Shown piece after piece: positions 19,187-29,770 of a stretch of DNA of 64,000 bases. This DNA is from an uncultured candidate division Zixibacteria bacterium (lineage in GTDB: Bacteria; Zixibacteria; MSB-5A5; UBA10806). Numbering within the stretch: position 1 is the stretch's first letter; each line of letters begins with the position of its first letter. The stretch is from NCBI GenBank assembly GCA_963817915.1, contig CAWFQL010000016.1, positions 288,001 to 352,000 on the forward strand, read 5' to 3'. The position numbers and the translations under genes are program-made. The notes beneath the pieces are model-generated. The model saw nothing but the letters and a program-made list of their open reading frames with translations, was not told the DNA's origin and searched no databases.

Positions 19187-21310
19187 TTACTTTATGAATT
19201 TTTTCAGATAGTCCAATTTGGATTTGAGCCTCGGATCACTTGGGCCGTAATAGATTGCCTTTTGGTAGGCGGCATAAGCATTATCGACATTCGGCGATGG
19301 CAGTTTCAGATTCAGATCGCCCAATAATAGCCAGAGGTTATAATTGCCTTCATCAATTGTCAGAACCTTTGTAATTTCATTGATGGCCTTTTGAAAATCC
19401 TTATTATCCATATAGATACTGGCTTTTAATATTCCGCCGGCCATCGTGTACGAATTATTTTTCTCGCAATTATTAAGCGCGACAATCGCGGAATCATTCA
19501 TACCAATGGAAATGAGCTCCGCCGCCTCTTCAAATTGCGATGGCTTATACTGTCGTGCCTGCATATTCGGAGATGTTTTGCTGATCTGATAGATATTCAC
19601 CGGTATATTTCTGATATAGTATGTTGCCACGATCGGAGCATTTTTTATCAGTTCGGGATAGTCTTTGGCCATACGCCATTCGCTGGAACCTTCGCCGCCG
19701 CCGCTTTCAACCGCTATATGCGTTGCTGGTATTATATTGAAAAAATCCGTTTCAGTGACCGCCACTCCAAACATCTTAATTGTCGATTTGAAATGATTAT
19801 CCTGAGTCAGGGCCGAACTGTATGGGCCGACAATTACGGCATCGGGGGAAAGAATCTTGCCAAGATCGACCGAGGCGTTATGGATTGTCTTCTGATTCTT
19901 CGGCGAATGGGAATAATACAATGTCAATTGGTAGATGGTTATAAAGAGAATCAGGGAAATTGAAATCGAAATCAGCCCTATATTTAAATAGCGATTTTTC
20001 TTAGCCAGCGAAGTAATTTTAGCGAATTCCAATATAAACGCGGCTATTCCCCCGGCAACCCCGACCAATAACCCATAAGGGATATATTGCATTATCAAAT
20101 TCAGGCTGCGTTCGTTGAAATGGGATATTATCAAAAAATGATATCCGACAAATGACGTTGTCAACGCGGTCATAATATAAAACGGCCAGACCCTGCTTCC
20201 CCAATCCTTGTCCGGATTGAATATTTGTATTATCCATCGCGCGGCCAGATAGCTTAATGCGGGATAAATCAGATAAGCGTAGCGCAATGGCCTGTAATTC
20301 CAGGGAAACAGAATACAGAAAACACCCAAGAACCACATCAAAAAGAAAAGGTCGACCCTGTCAATCTTCTTGAAGAATCCCTTTCTATTCGAGAGAATCG
20401 AACCCGAAACCAGGGATAATCCCAAAAATCCCGCGGCGAATGTTACCGGCTGGAATGTCCACAGCCTGATATCGAATCCATATGAGTATAGCCACACGAA
20501 AAACATCTTGACCGATTCTAACGCTCGCGGGGCGCCATAAAGTCCGGTTGAAATTTCCGACATATAGCCGGAGACATCATTAACGCTTGGTAGATATACA
20601 AACAAAAACCAGACTATTAAAGTAAACCCGTAACCGGATATATACGAATAAAGCGGATTCAGGGTCTTCCAGATTTTACGGTTATCAGACTGCATAACTT
20701 CAACAAATACTACTATCAATGCCGCCGGTAGGAAAACAATCGCCAAAAGCTTGCTGAAAAACGCCGCCGCCGCTAAAAGAGCTCCGCTGATAAATGACGA
20801 TATCGCCCTGTTTTCGGTTCTTAACAAAAAATAGCCGCCCAGCGAAACCATGCCGATTGTTGATACTTCAAGGAACGAGAGCTTGCTGTAATTCAGAAAG
20901 ATATAATTGAATCCTAATATCGCCAATGACGCCAGCCCAAGATTGAAGCTTTTCTGTCTCCAGGTCTGGAATAAAGCCGCAAATGTGATAAATGCAAAGA
21001 GCACCGCGACCGTGTTCGATTGGGCCCGTCCGGTGCCGAATATTTTGAAAATCGGGTAAGCGGCGATTGTGGTAATATTCTTTACGAAAGTAATATACCT
21101 TGTCCCGAATATTTCCCATTTCCCGAATAGGACCTTGTTCCGGGCAAATGACGTATATTGTGGCGGATCGGTAGATAATTCCTGACTGCTGGAAATCCCA
21201 TAAGGCGTATCGCCATTGAGATTATCGAATCTCAAATACATGATCGCTATCAGAATAATCGCCAATAATGAATATTGAATTATTTTGGTTTTACTCGATT
21301 GATCGCTCAA
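19187..21310 (-). CDS. GT-C fold (ArnT/PMT-like) membrane glycosyltransferase with C-terminal TPR
   Basis: About 12 TM segments, acidic motif after TM1 (STDPPQY), RPLRY, C-terminal TPRs. Confidence 0.65.
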   Translation of the reverse strand: MSDQSSKTKIIQYSLLAIILIAIMYLRFDNLNGDTPYGISSSQELSTDPPQYTSFARNKVLFGKWEIFGTRYITFVKNITTIAAYPIFKIFGTGRAQSNTVAVLFAFITFAALFQTWRQKSFNLGLASLAILGFNYIFLNYSKLSFLEVSTIGMVSLGGYFLLRTENRAISSFISGALLAAAAFFSKLLAIVFLPAALIVVFVEVMQSDNRKIWKTLNPLYSYISGYGFTLIVWFLFVYLPSVNDVSGYMSEISTGLYGAPRALESVKMFFVWLYSYGFDIRLWTFQPVTFAAGFLGLSLVSGSILSNRKGFFKKIDRVDLFFLMWFLGVFCILFPWNYRPLRYAYLIYPALSYLAARWIIQIFNPDKDWGSRVWPFYIMTALTTSFVGYHFLIISHFNERSLNLIMQYIPYGLLVGVAGGIAAFILEFAKITSLAKKNRYLNIGLISISISLILFITIYQLTLYYSHSPKNQKTIHNASVDLGKILSPDAVIVGPYSSALTQDNHFKSTIKMFGVAVTETDFFNIIPATHIAVESGGGEGSSEWRMAKDYPELIKNAPIVATYYIRNIPVNIYQISKTSPNMQARQYKPSQFEEAAELISIGMNDSAIVALNNCEKNNSYTMAGGILKASIYMDNKDFQKAINEITKVLTIDEGNYNLWLLLGDLNLKLPSPNVDNAYAAYQKAIYYGPSDPRLKSKLDYLKKFIK

Positions 21311-21538
21311 GAAATTTTATCCTGTCTTTTTCTTTTATTAACCTGGAAAACATTGAAATATTCCAGAATTAACGCCCAACAATAAACATATTAGATTAGC
21401 AAATGAATCACATGATTGCAACTGCATTTCTGCGCATATTATTTACTGGCGCCGGAATGCGTCTATTTATGACCTTAATCGCGAAATTGATTATAGAGCC
21501 GAATTACCTCTTAGCATAAATATCGCCAAAAATTAAGC

Positions 21539-21567
21539 TTGGAGAATTTGAGCCGAATATGTATATT
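21539..21567 (+). promoter_or_regulatory. Putative sigma70 promoter for bipA
   Basis: TTGGAG-N17-TATATT. Confidence 0.45.
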
Positions 21568-21583
21568 AGGCGCAGTTTGAACC

Positions 21584-21622
21584 GGCCCGGGCGGCACAAA
21601 GTCGAACCGGGTCTTTTTTTTT
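21584..21622 (+). terminator. Terminator-like hairpin in the bipA leader
   Basis: GGCCCGG...CCGGGTC followed by T9. Confidence 0.55.
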
Positions 21623-21717
21623 GTGATTCTCCCTTCAAGGGTTTATTAAACGAACTTTTGTCAGGAGTTCCTAACAAGGCAGGGAACTGCCATTACTAAA
21701 AGGTGATTCTAAGTAAC

Positions 21718-23643
21718 ATGACTTCAGCAGATAAAATTCGCAACGTGGCTATCATTGCTCATATCGACCATGGAAAAACCACGCTCATCGATTCCATCTT
21801 CCGCGCAACCAGAACATTCCGCGATAACCAGCAGGTGGCGGAACGGCTCATGGACAATAACGCGCTGGAAAGAGAACGTGGAATTACCATTCGCGCCAAG
21901 CATTGCACGGTCAGCTGGAATGACTATCTTATAAATATCATCGATACTCCCGGTCACGCCGATTTCTCGGGCGAGGTGGAACGAGTCCTTTCGATGGTCG
22001 ATTCGGTTTTATTGCTGGTCGATGCCAACGAAGGCCCGATGCCGCAGACTCGTTATGTCATGATGCGCGCCCTGAAACTCGGACTTCGACCGATAGTGAT
22101 TATCAACAAAGTTGATCGCCCTCAAGCCCGTCCCGATTACGCATTGAATAAAACATTCGATCTTTGTATCGATTTAGGGGGCAGCGACGAACAGGCGCAT
22201 TTCCCAGTTTTATATGGTTCCGGACTAAATGGCTGGTTTGTAAGAGATCTCGATAACGAACCGCATGAAGGTATGGACGCTTTATTCGAGACCATAATCA
22301 AAGAAGCGCCCGCTCCCAAGGTTGATCCCAATGGCATTTTTCAAATGCAGGTCAGCACACTGGCCTGGAGTGATTATATAGGACAAATCGGATGTGGCCG
22401 TGTATTGAGCGGCTCGTTGAACAAAGGCGATGAATTCACCCGCTTTGTCATGCGCTGGAAGGATGCCGCCAATCAAGACGAGGGCTGGGAATTTGTCGGG
22501 TCATCCAAAGAGAAAGGTGTACATCTTTGGGTAACTCGCGGACTGGAACGGGTCGAGGCTGAAAGCATCAGGGCAGGAGATATCGTCTGGCTTGCGGGAC
22601 CGAGCGAAATCGGTATAGGAGATACATTCTCGGCAAGTGAAAACCCCGACGATGCATTGCCGCCGCTTGCAATTGAAGAGCCGACTGTATCGATGTTCTT
22701 CATGGTCAATACCGGGCCATTCTCCGGCGAAGACGGCACCGCTATCACATTCAGACAATTGAATGATCGCCTGCGAAAGGAATTGCGTGTCAATGTGGCA
22801 TTGCGCATGGAACAACAGGAACGGTCTGATGTCATAAAGGTTTCCGGTCGTGGTGAATTGCATCTTGCGATATTGATTGAAGAAATGCGTCGGGAAGGAC
22901 TTGAGTTTTGTATCTCTCGTCCGGAAGTTATCACACATCAGGATAAATCGGGTCACACACTGGAGCCGATCGAGCAATTAATCATCGATGTCCCCGCGGA
23001 GTATCAAGGGGTCATCATCGAAAAGCTTGCCCGGCGAAAAGGCGAGCTTCGAACTATCGAGAATGCGGGCACTAATGTCATCAGAATGGAGTTTGAGATA
23101 CCGACACGCGGTCTGATTGGCTATAGAACAGAATTTTTAACCGATACTCGCGGCCTCGGAATTATGTCTTCGCGTTTTGTTAGATACGACGAATGGCGTG
23201 GCGAGGTCACATTGCGAAACCGCGGATCAGTTATCAGTATGGATACAGGACCGGCAACAGCTTATGCGATCAGGGGAATACAGGAGCGAGCGATCATCTT
23301 CGTAGATCCGACTGACCGTGTTTATACAGGTCAAATAGTTGGTGAGAATTCAAGGCCTCAGGATTTGCCATGCAATCCCACCAAACGGAAAAACCTGACC
23401 AACCATCGGTCATCAACGAAGGACATTGCGGTTACTATCGATGTCCCGCGCAAGATGTCGTTGGAACAAGCAATGGAATGGATCGGAGCAGATGAATTGG
23501 TCGAAGTGACTCCGAAAGCAATCAGGATGCGAAAGGCGATTCTTGATTCCGACAAACGAAAACGATCGCAGAAAACAACTACTAATCCCATTCAGGGATC
23601 TGGGGCTGATCCGGTTTCGCCGGCAGTGTCCCAGAATTCATAA
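21718..23643 (+). CDS. typA: Translational GTPase BipA/TypA
   Basis: [52 protein letters not shown]. Confidence 0.95.
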   Translation: MTSADKIRNVAIIAHIDHGKTTLIDSIFRATRTFRDNQQVAERLMDNNALERERGITIRAKHCTVSWNDYLINIIDTPGHADFSGEVERVLSMVDSVLLLVDANEGPMPQTRYVMMRALKLGLRPIVIINKVDRPQARPDYALNKTFDLCIDLGGSDEQAHFPVLYGSGLNGWFVRDLDNEPHEGMDALFETIIKEAPAPKVDPNGIFQMQVSTLAWSDYIGQIGCGRVLSGSLNKGDEFTRFVMRWKDAANQDEGWEFVGSSKEKGVHLWVTRGLERVEAESIRAGDIVWLAGPSEIGIGDTFSASENPDDALPPLAIEEPTVSMFFMVNTGPFSGEDGTAITFRQLNDRLRKELRVNVALRMEQQERSDVIKVSGRGELHLAILIEEMRREGLEFCISRPEVITHQDKSGHTLEPIEQLIIDVPAEYQGVIIEKLARRKGELRTIENAGTNVIRMEFEIPTRGLIGYRTEFLTDTRGLGIMSSRFVRYDEWRGEVTLRNRGSVISMDTGPATAYAIRGIQERAIIFVDPTDRVYTGQIVGENSRPQDLPCNPTKRKNLTNHRSSTKDIAVTIDVPRKMSLEQAMEWIGADELVEVTPKAIRMRKAILDSDKRKRSQKTTTNPIQGSGADPVSPAVSQNS

Positions 23644-23677
23644 TTCATTTTTTCAGAGAGGATTTTAAATCAACAAC

Positions 23678-25036
23678 GTGTTCAACAAAGTAAACAGATT
23701 AACTTCATTTAATTTGAATAAAACAGAAACAGTACCGGCCGAGCCCGTCGAAAACGGATTCGATGGCTTGGGCATCAATCAGAATCTGCTTGGAGCCATA
23801 GCCGGCCTAAATTACAGCGAGCCCACCCCAGTACAAAAGCAGGCAATTCCTGCCGCTATAGAGGGCAAGGACATTATCGCAATAGCGCAAACCGGAACCG
23901 GCAAAACCATAGCCTATGGAATCCCGATGATACAGAGGCTGGCACAAAATCGTGGCCGAGGACTTATCGTAGTCCCGACTCGCGAACTGGCTTATCAGGT
24001 CGATTCGGCAATTAAATCAATTTGCAAGGCGCAAAGAATGTTTACCGCGGTTATTATTGGCGGGACATCATTCATTCCCCAATGCCGCGCGCTCGAAAGA
24101 AGGCCGCGAATTATAATTGCGACTCCCGGACGACTTCTCGACCATTACAAGCGCAGAACAATCGATCTTTCGGATGTCACGATTTTCGTGCTCGACGAGG
24201 CGGATCGTATGCTTGATATGGGATTTGCGCCGGATATAAACCGCATCATCGCGACTCTTACTCAGAAGCATCAGACCATGTTATTCTCAGCGACCATGCC
24301 ATCGGAGATTATGGCTATTGCCCGGAAGCACATGATTGCTCCCGTGAATATCGAAGTCGCCCGTTCTGGAGCGTCTCCCGATGAAATCAGCCATGAGATA
24401 TTCTTTGTCGATAACAAAGATAAAACTAAATTGCTCGAAATTCAGCTTCAGCAGCGAACCGGCTCGACTCTTGTTTTCACACGGACAAAACATGGAGCCA
24501 GCAAGCTTGCCGAGCGAGTCAAAGCAATGGGGCATTCGGTTGCGGAAATACATTCCAGCCGTAGCCTGAATCAGAGATTCAGCGCGCTCAATGGTTTTAA
24601 AGCCGGAGATTATCGAGTCTTAGTCGCTACAGATATCGCCGCTCGCGGTATCGACGTCACCGACATCGCTCTGGTGGTCAATTATGATCTGCCATCGACA
24701 TCGGAAGACTATGTGCATCGCATTGGTCGTACCGGTCGTGCCGGCAAAAACGGCCACGCCATCTCATTCGCGACATTCGATCAAGAGAGAGATGTCAGAG
24801 ATATCGAGTATCTCATGAATGCTCCTCTGCCAGTTTCGGAATTACCATTTGCTCCATCTCAGCATCCACCGTCAAGATTCGGCAAAGCACCAAGCTCCAG
24901 ACCGCAGAGCAAGTCCAGGCCGCGAACTTATTCGAAATCATCCAAACCGGCACCGACAATGACCGGACCCGATTTCGAACGTACCTTCGGGCGCAAGAGG
25001 CTTGCTTCCCAGGGCAGAAGCAAACGGAGACGATAA
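23678..25036 (+). CDS. DEAD-box RNA helicase (RhlE-like)
   Basis: Q motif, AQTGTGKT, PTRELA, DEAD, SAT, HRIGRTGR, basic tail. Confidence 0.93.
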   Translation: MFNKVNRLTSFNLNKTETVPAEPVENGFDGLGINQNLLGAIAGLNYSEPTPVQKQAIPAAIEGKDIIAIAQTGTGKTIAYGIPMIQRLAQNRGRGLIVVPTRELAYQVDSAIKSICKAQRMFTAVIIGGTSFIPQCRALERRPRIIIATPGRLLDHYKRRTIDLSDVTIFVLDEADRMLDMGFAPDINRIIATLTQKHQTMLFSATMPSEIMAIARKHMIAPVNIEVARSGASPDEISHEIFFVDNKDKTKLLEIQLQQRTGSTLVFTRTKHGASKLAERVKAMGHSVAEIHSSRSLNQRFSALNGFKAGDYRVLVATDIAARGIDVTDIALVVNYDLPSTSEDYVHRIGRTGRAGKNGHAISFATFDQERDVRDIEYLMNAPLPVSELPFAPSQHPPSRFGKAPSSRPQSKSRPRTYSKSSKPAPTMTGPDFERTFGRKRLASQGRSKRRR

Positions 25037-25082
25037 TTCACCCGACATTCTAATTAGAAAATTCTAATAGATTCGTGAAGCA

Positions 25083-25110
25083 AAAGGCAGGTCATCAGAC
25101 ACCTGCCTTT
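25083..25110. terminator. Bidirectional terminator
   Basis: AAAGGCAGGT-CATCAGAC-ACCTGCCTTT between convergent genes. Confidence 0.65.
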
Positions 25111-25148
25111 ATGATTTTTTAGGGGAGTGAAGGGGGGTTATGGGCCTA

Positions 25149-26015
25149 TCAAATTATATTACGGCTACCATTGTCAATTCCTTTTCGCCTTGATATATTA
25201 ATTATGCTGGCTAATGCAACTGATAAAACCAATAATAAAATTAGCGATCCGATTATTGATGGACCCGCGGGCAAATTCAATCCAATCGAAACAGTAATGC
25301 CGATTACGCTTCCAAGAAGCCCGATAAGCCAGCCTATTGAAAGACGAACACCTTTGTTTTTGGTAAATAGGAGGGCAATTACGGGAGGGACAACCAGAAG
25401 CGAAAAGACCAGCAGAACGCCTGCGATATGCACGGAGGATGTTACCACCAATCCAAATGAAGCATAAAACAGAAAATCCCACCAACCGATAGACCAACTG
25501 TCTCGAATTGCGCCAGCCCGATCTTCTGAGAGCCGAAAGAATCGCTTTCTAAGTAAATAATGAAAGGTTCCGATACCCGCGTAAAGCAAAGCCGTCGAAA
25601 TCAGGTCATCAAGACGCATTGTCAAAAGAGAACCGGTCAGCATCTCCTGCAATTCCTCAGTTCCCCCTGGATGATTTGCAAGAAGAAGTATCGCCCCCGC
25701 CGAAAAACCCGCATATATGATGCCAATAAACGCTTCTTGCGGAACGCGGTTATCCTTAGTACGCGATATTGAAATTAAGCCAGCACCTGCTAAAGTGAAG
25801 GCGAGACTCACCAAATAGGCTGTCCATGAATGAGGCGCAACCCCCAAAATTATCGCCGCAACTTCGCCGAATGCCGCGGCCTGCGCCATCGAAATATCAA
25901 CAAAGATTACACCCCGGCTGACGACATGAAATCCCAAATATGAATGAATCCCCGCTAATACCAACGCCGCTAATAGAGCCATTTGTACAAATGGATATGA
26001 GAAAAGGCCTATCAT
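25149..26015 (-). CDS. Metal ABC-3 family permease (ZnuB/MntB-like)
   Basis: GIHSYLGFHVVSRGVIFVD, GVLLVFSLLVVP; hydrophobic. Confidence 0.85.
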   Translation of the reverse strand: MIGLFSYPFVQMALLAALVLAGIHSYLGFHVVSRGVIFVDISMAQAAAFGEVAAIILGVAPHSWTAYLVSLAFTLAGAGLISISRTKDNRVPQEAFIGIIYAGFSAGAILLLANHPGGTEELQEMLTGSLLTMRLDDLISTALLYAGIGTFHYLLRKRFFRLSEDRAGAIRDSWSIGWWDFLFYASFGLVVTSSVHIAGVLLVFSLLVVPPVIALLFTKNKGVRLSIGWLIGLLGSVIGITVSIGLNLPAGPSIIGSLILLLVLSVALASIINISRRKGIDNGSRNII

Positions 26016-26908
26016 TTATTGACTCCTACTGCTGATGTAAATCGAGAAATTATCGTATCAAACAAAGTAAAGTAATCATTAGAGGCGGGGTCTCCGTCGA
26101 CTGATGGCGGTACGTTGACAACCTTGGCGCCGGTAGCGACGGCAATGGAATTGGGAACCTTGTCCGAAAAATACGCTTCCTTGCCGATAATCTTTATGCC
26201 GCGAGCCTTAATCATTTCAATGATTTCGGCGGTATGCGAGGCTGTGGGCTCGATGCCGGGCTTAGGCTCGATAAAACCCATTACATCGAGTCCGAAGGCC
26301 TTGCAGAAATATGGCCATGATTTGTGATAGGTTATAATTGGAATCCCCCTTAATGGTTCTGCGGCCGTTTTCCATTCGGTCATTTTAGATTGAAGCTTGT
26401 CGTTGAATTTTTTTAAGCCCACTTCATAAGCCGATGCATTAGCAGGGTCAACCTGCACCAGCCCTTTTTCGATATTATCCGCCATTACCGCGCCGTTGGC
26501 AGGGTCGAGCCAATAATGAGGATTTCCTTCGGGATGAACATCGCCCATGGAAGCATTCACTTGTCCGGATGGCTTCTCTAAAACGTCTATGCCGACCGAG
26601 CAATCAATTACTACGAGCTTACCGTTTCGGGAACCATCAATAATGGGATTGGCCCAGAAATCCAAGCCGAGGCCGATTTTCAAATAGAGATTCGCCCTTG
26701 AAACCATGACCATGTAATTGGGCAAAACCTCGACAAAGTGCGGATCCGATTTGCCGTTAACAATGTATTTGACCGAGATTAGATCTCCACCTATTGCCTG
26801 AGCAATGGAAGCCAGATCAGAGGAGGAGGCCACAACATTCACCTTTGCAACAGCCGATGCGACAGTGAATGTTAATGCGATTAATAGTAAGACAATTATC
26901 GTTTTCAT
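26012..26908 (-). CDS. Metal-binding periplasmic protein (ZnuA/TroA family)
   Basis: DPH, GDVHPEGNPHYWLDP, YHKSWPYF, EPKPGIEP. Confidence 0.9.
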   Translation of the reverse strand: MKTIIVLLLIALTFTVASAVAKVNVVASSSDLASIAQAIGGDLISVKYIVNGKSDPHFVEVLPNYMVMVSRANLYLKIGLGLDFWANPIIDGSRNGKLVVIDCSVGIDVLEKPSGQVNASMGDVHPEGNPHYWLDPANGAVMADNIEKGLVQVDPANASAYEVGLKKFNDKLQSKMTEWKTAAEPLRGIPIITYHKSWPYFCKAFGLDVMGFIEPKPGIEPTASHTAEIIEMIKARGIKIIGKEAYFSDKVPNSIAVATGAKVVNVPPSVDGDPASNDYFTLFDTIISRFTSAVGVNK

Positions 26909-26921
26909 TTATTATCTCCGA

Positions 26922-27995
26922 TTAAAATTGATGTGGTTTATGGGGTCCCAATGACCATAGGAGTTGAACCTCTGCTGTCTGATACGCCTTTTTCAATGCG
27001 CTCCCCTGATCCTGACGCAAAAGAATTCCGACCCGATATGTTTCCTCAGCCAACGCAAACCCTCCAAATACTCCGAACGCAGTCAGATGATTATTTTTGT
27101 CAACTGGACTTTGTGCGTAATCTACGAAGGCTCCCGCATCATACCTCCTGAGGAACTGATAATCAAATGATCCAAATGCGCCGGAAGAAGAGACTTTTTT
27201 GGCCATTGGAGACATAATGCTGTCAGCTTCAATCTTTCGCGAATTCAGAAGTCCTTCGCCAACAATCACCAGCGAGTGATAGATGTCCGGCTTCCATTTG
27301 TATTTGAAATCAATATTACCCATTGTGGCCCAACGTTTGTTGGCATAGTCATGTTCAGCATATAGCCCCGATAATCCGATTTCAATTTCTGAATGCTCCG
27401 CAATCGGGGAAAAAAGTGAAATCCTGCCAATGCCCGCAAACGGCGCCGCGACATTTTTCAACGAATCGGGAAGCAGAAAATTGCCTTGCAGAATGTTAAC
27501 GGAAATATTCAACGCGCTCGATCCAACGGGGATCAATTTATTGACATTTACTCCTATTCCCTTAAGGCCATCTTGCCCAAGGAAATGGCTGTTAACCAAC
27601 GGTCTTTCGATCCATGACCATTGATGGGGATGTTGAGTGTTGATTTTGCCGAAATCAACGAAATATTTTCCGGCCTTGATCTGAATTCCCCACGGCAATC
27701 CCCTTTGAAGCGTGGCATAGGCTTCCTCGATTTCTAATTGCCCTTCGCTCGAAATGCTTAAGATGGCGTCGGCCCGGGCATATGGGTTCAGGTAAGCTCC
27801 CGCGGCCAATTCCAATTCATGAAAATCGAATTGGGGTTTATTGGGGGCAATGTCGCCTGGCGCATTATTATGATCAATAAGCCTGAAATCCCCTATAAAA
27901 CTAATATCGGGATTCACAGTTGTCTGAGGCGATGCTCCTCGGAGCGAAAAAAATCCAAACCAAATTAAGAGCAGGCATAATACCCTTTTTTGCAT
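26922..27995 (-). CDS. Outer-membrane barrel associated with metal uptake (C-terminal GPHKPHQF)
   Basis: NPDISFIGD, EEAY, FGKINTQHPHQW, His-containing C-terminal strand. Confidence 0.75.
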   Translation of the reverse strand: MQKRVLCLLLIWFGFFSLRGASPQTTVNPDISFIGDFRLIDHNNAPGDIAPNKPQFDFHELELAAGAYLNPYARADAILSISSEGQLEIEEAYATLQRGLPWGIQIKAGKYFVDFGKINTQHPHQWSWIERPLVNSHFLGQDGLKGIGVNVNKLIPVGSSALNISVNILQGNFLLPDSLKNVAAPFAGIGRISLFSPIAEHSEIEIGLSGLYAEHDYANKRWATMGNIDFKYKWKPDIYHSLVIVGEGLLNSRKIEADSIMSPMAKKVSSSGAFGSFDYQFLRRYDAGAFVDYAQSPVDKNNHLTAFGVFGGFALAEETYRVGILLRQDQGSALKKAYQTAEVQLLWSLGPHKPHQF

Positions 27996-28058
27996 AATAT
28001 CCTCCCGTCAAGAAATGAAATGCTTCCTGCTAAATGAGTAATGCGAAAAATAGCGATC

Positions 28059-28349
28059 TTAGCGGAAGATGGGAGGCGCCCGGGGCGTTTTATGGTTTGG
28101 AACTAATTCTAAAGAGAATATAAATTTTAATCTTTGAGGCAAAACACAACATATCGCCAATACTTCAAAGATTATAGGTAACCCTGCAATGGACATCGCC
28201 AATATCGAATAGGCGACGCAAATCGAGCATTCCGGATGATTAAAACCGTCATTGTGAGAATGTAGCGACCCGACAATGATGATATTTAGAAGCAAAACGA
28301 TAATCCCAATATTAATTAGGGAATGTATATTCCTTAAAAGCTTGGTCAT
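28059..28349 (-). CDS. DUF2946/CruR-like leader protein (HxH, CxxC, C-terminal RAPP)
   Basis: Hydrophobic N-terminus, HSH...HPECSIC, PRAPPIFR*; AAGGA RBS; 63 nt upstream of the outer-membrane gene. Confidence 0.75.
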   Translation of the reverse strand: MTKLLRNIHSLINIGIIVLLLNIIIVGSLHSHNDGFNHPECSICVAYSILAMSIAGLPIIFEVLAICCVLPQRLKFIFSLELVPNHKTPRAPPIFR

Positions 28350-28586
28350 TATCATTTCCTTTTCGGCAATAAGCTCAATTTCGCCTTCGGGCTCTATTAA
28401 CTTGTTAATATAATTGTTTGTTCCAAGCAATGATTTTTTTCAACAAATAATTTAATCAGAGAAAATACCCGTACTAATTTTCAATAAATATGGCGCTTGC
28501 AATTCATTTAATTCAAAATTTGAGCTTGTATTTAAACCAAGGATCATCGGGATTTAGGCTATCGATACCGCTAATATAATAACTGT

Positions 28587-29480
28587 TTAACCCTCTTTAT
28601 GAAATACATCGAATATCGCTTTGATGGCCGGATGCTCGATTCGTCTTTCCGCAGTTACCGCGTAGAAGCGTTCTTTGACATGGGGAAGCCGAAGCAATGG
28701 TTTTACGTGAAGCTGCTTACAGATCGAAACCTCGATGAAGCTGGGAACGGCGAAAATCCCGTGAGCGCTCATTCCATATTCGGCAAGCATTCCGCTATCC
28801 TCGAATTCCGCTATAACGTTGGGCCGAAGCTTTTTGGCAACAAACCATTCATCAAGCCCGCGTCGCAAGGAAGTATTCGCTGTTGTAAGCAGAAAAGGAG
28901 CGCCATTTAGAGAATTCGGAACGTTTTTTCGATATTTGGAGACAACCGCGGGAACCGCTACCAAGCTTATGCCGCTTTCAATTAGCAAATGATTAAATAC
29001 TTTAAAGCCCGCCGATGGCGGGATTGGATTATCTACTAAAAGCATATCAAGAGCATGAAGGGTCAGTTCCGGCAGAAGTCTTTCGTATCTGCCCTCATTA
29101 CACAATAAGCGGATATCCTTATTTTTCGTCCAAATCGGTTCAAGAATTTTTCGAGCGGTCTGCTTGGATATGGCGTCCACAATGCCCACCGTAAATACCT
29201 GCGGCCTGCCGGTCGGTCTGTCGCGAACCGTATCAAGCATTTCATGGCCAAGCAGAAATATCTCGTCGGCGTATTGATAGACAATTCTGCCCATTTCGGT
29301 CAAAACAAGCTTTCGACCGGGACGATTAAACAGCTTTTCGCCCAGTGATTCTTGAAAATCTTTAAGCTGACCGCTAACAGTTGAAGAGGAAAGATGGAGT
29401 TTTGCCGCCGCCGGGGCAATTCCACCTTCTTTAACGACAGAACAGAAATACAGTAAATGATGATAATTAAGCCACTCCAC
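28587..29480 (-). CDS. nhaR: LysR-family regulator, NhaR-like
   Basis: MEWLNYHHLLYF N-terminus, AEFEDSG, RRIEHPA. Confidence 0.85.
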   Translation of the reverse strand: MEWLNYHHLLYFCSVVKEGGIAPAAAKLHLSSSTVSGQLKDFQESLGEKLFNRPGRKLVLTEMGRIVYQYADEIFLLGHEMLDTVRDRPTGRPQVFTVGIVDAISKQTARKILEPIWTKNKDIRLLCNEGRYERLLPELTLHALDMLLVDNPIPPSAGFKVFNHLLIESGISLVAVPAVVSKYRKNVPNSLNGAPFLLTTANTSLRRGLDEWFVAKKLRPNVIAEFEDSGMLAEYGMSAHGIFAVPSFIEVSICKQLHVKPLLRLPHVKERFYAVTAERRIEHPAIKAIFDVFHKEG

Positions 29481-29493
29481 GGTCTAATAATAC

Positions 29494-29508
29494 TTCGATT
29501 TATTCGAA
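29494..29508. promoter_or_regulatory. Probable LysR autoregulatory box
   Basis: TTCGA-N5-TCGAA palindrome containing T-N11-A just upstream of nhaR. Confidence 0.5.
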
Positions 29509-29770
29509 TATTCCAGTCAATAATTCCAAATTGACTAATTATTGTAATGATATTTATTGGAATTGGAGCCTTGACCGCCAATTGATACGGACGGTCTTAA
29601 ATGAGACAATCTTGCCTAAGCGGACAATAACGGAATGATGGATAGTTCGCTATTTTGGTTTCAATATTTGGATTTGGAATAGGAGCGTTTTAATACATGT
29701 CAGCGACTCCAACAAGAAAAATACGATATTTGCGATATTCTCTGTTGACCTCAATATTGGGCGCTACTTT

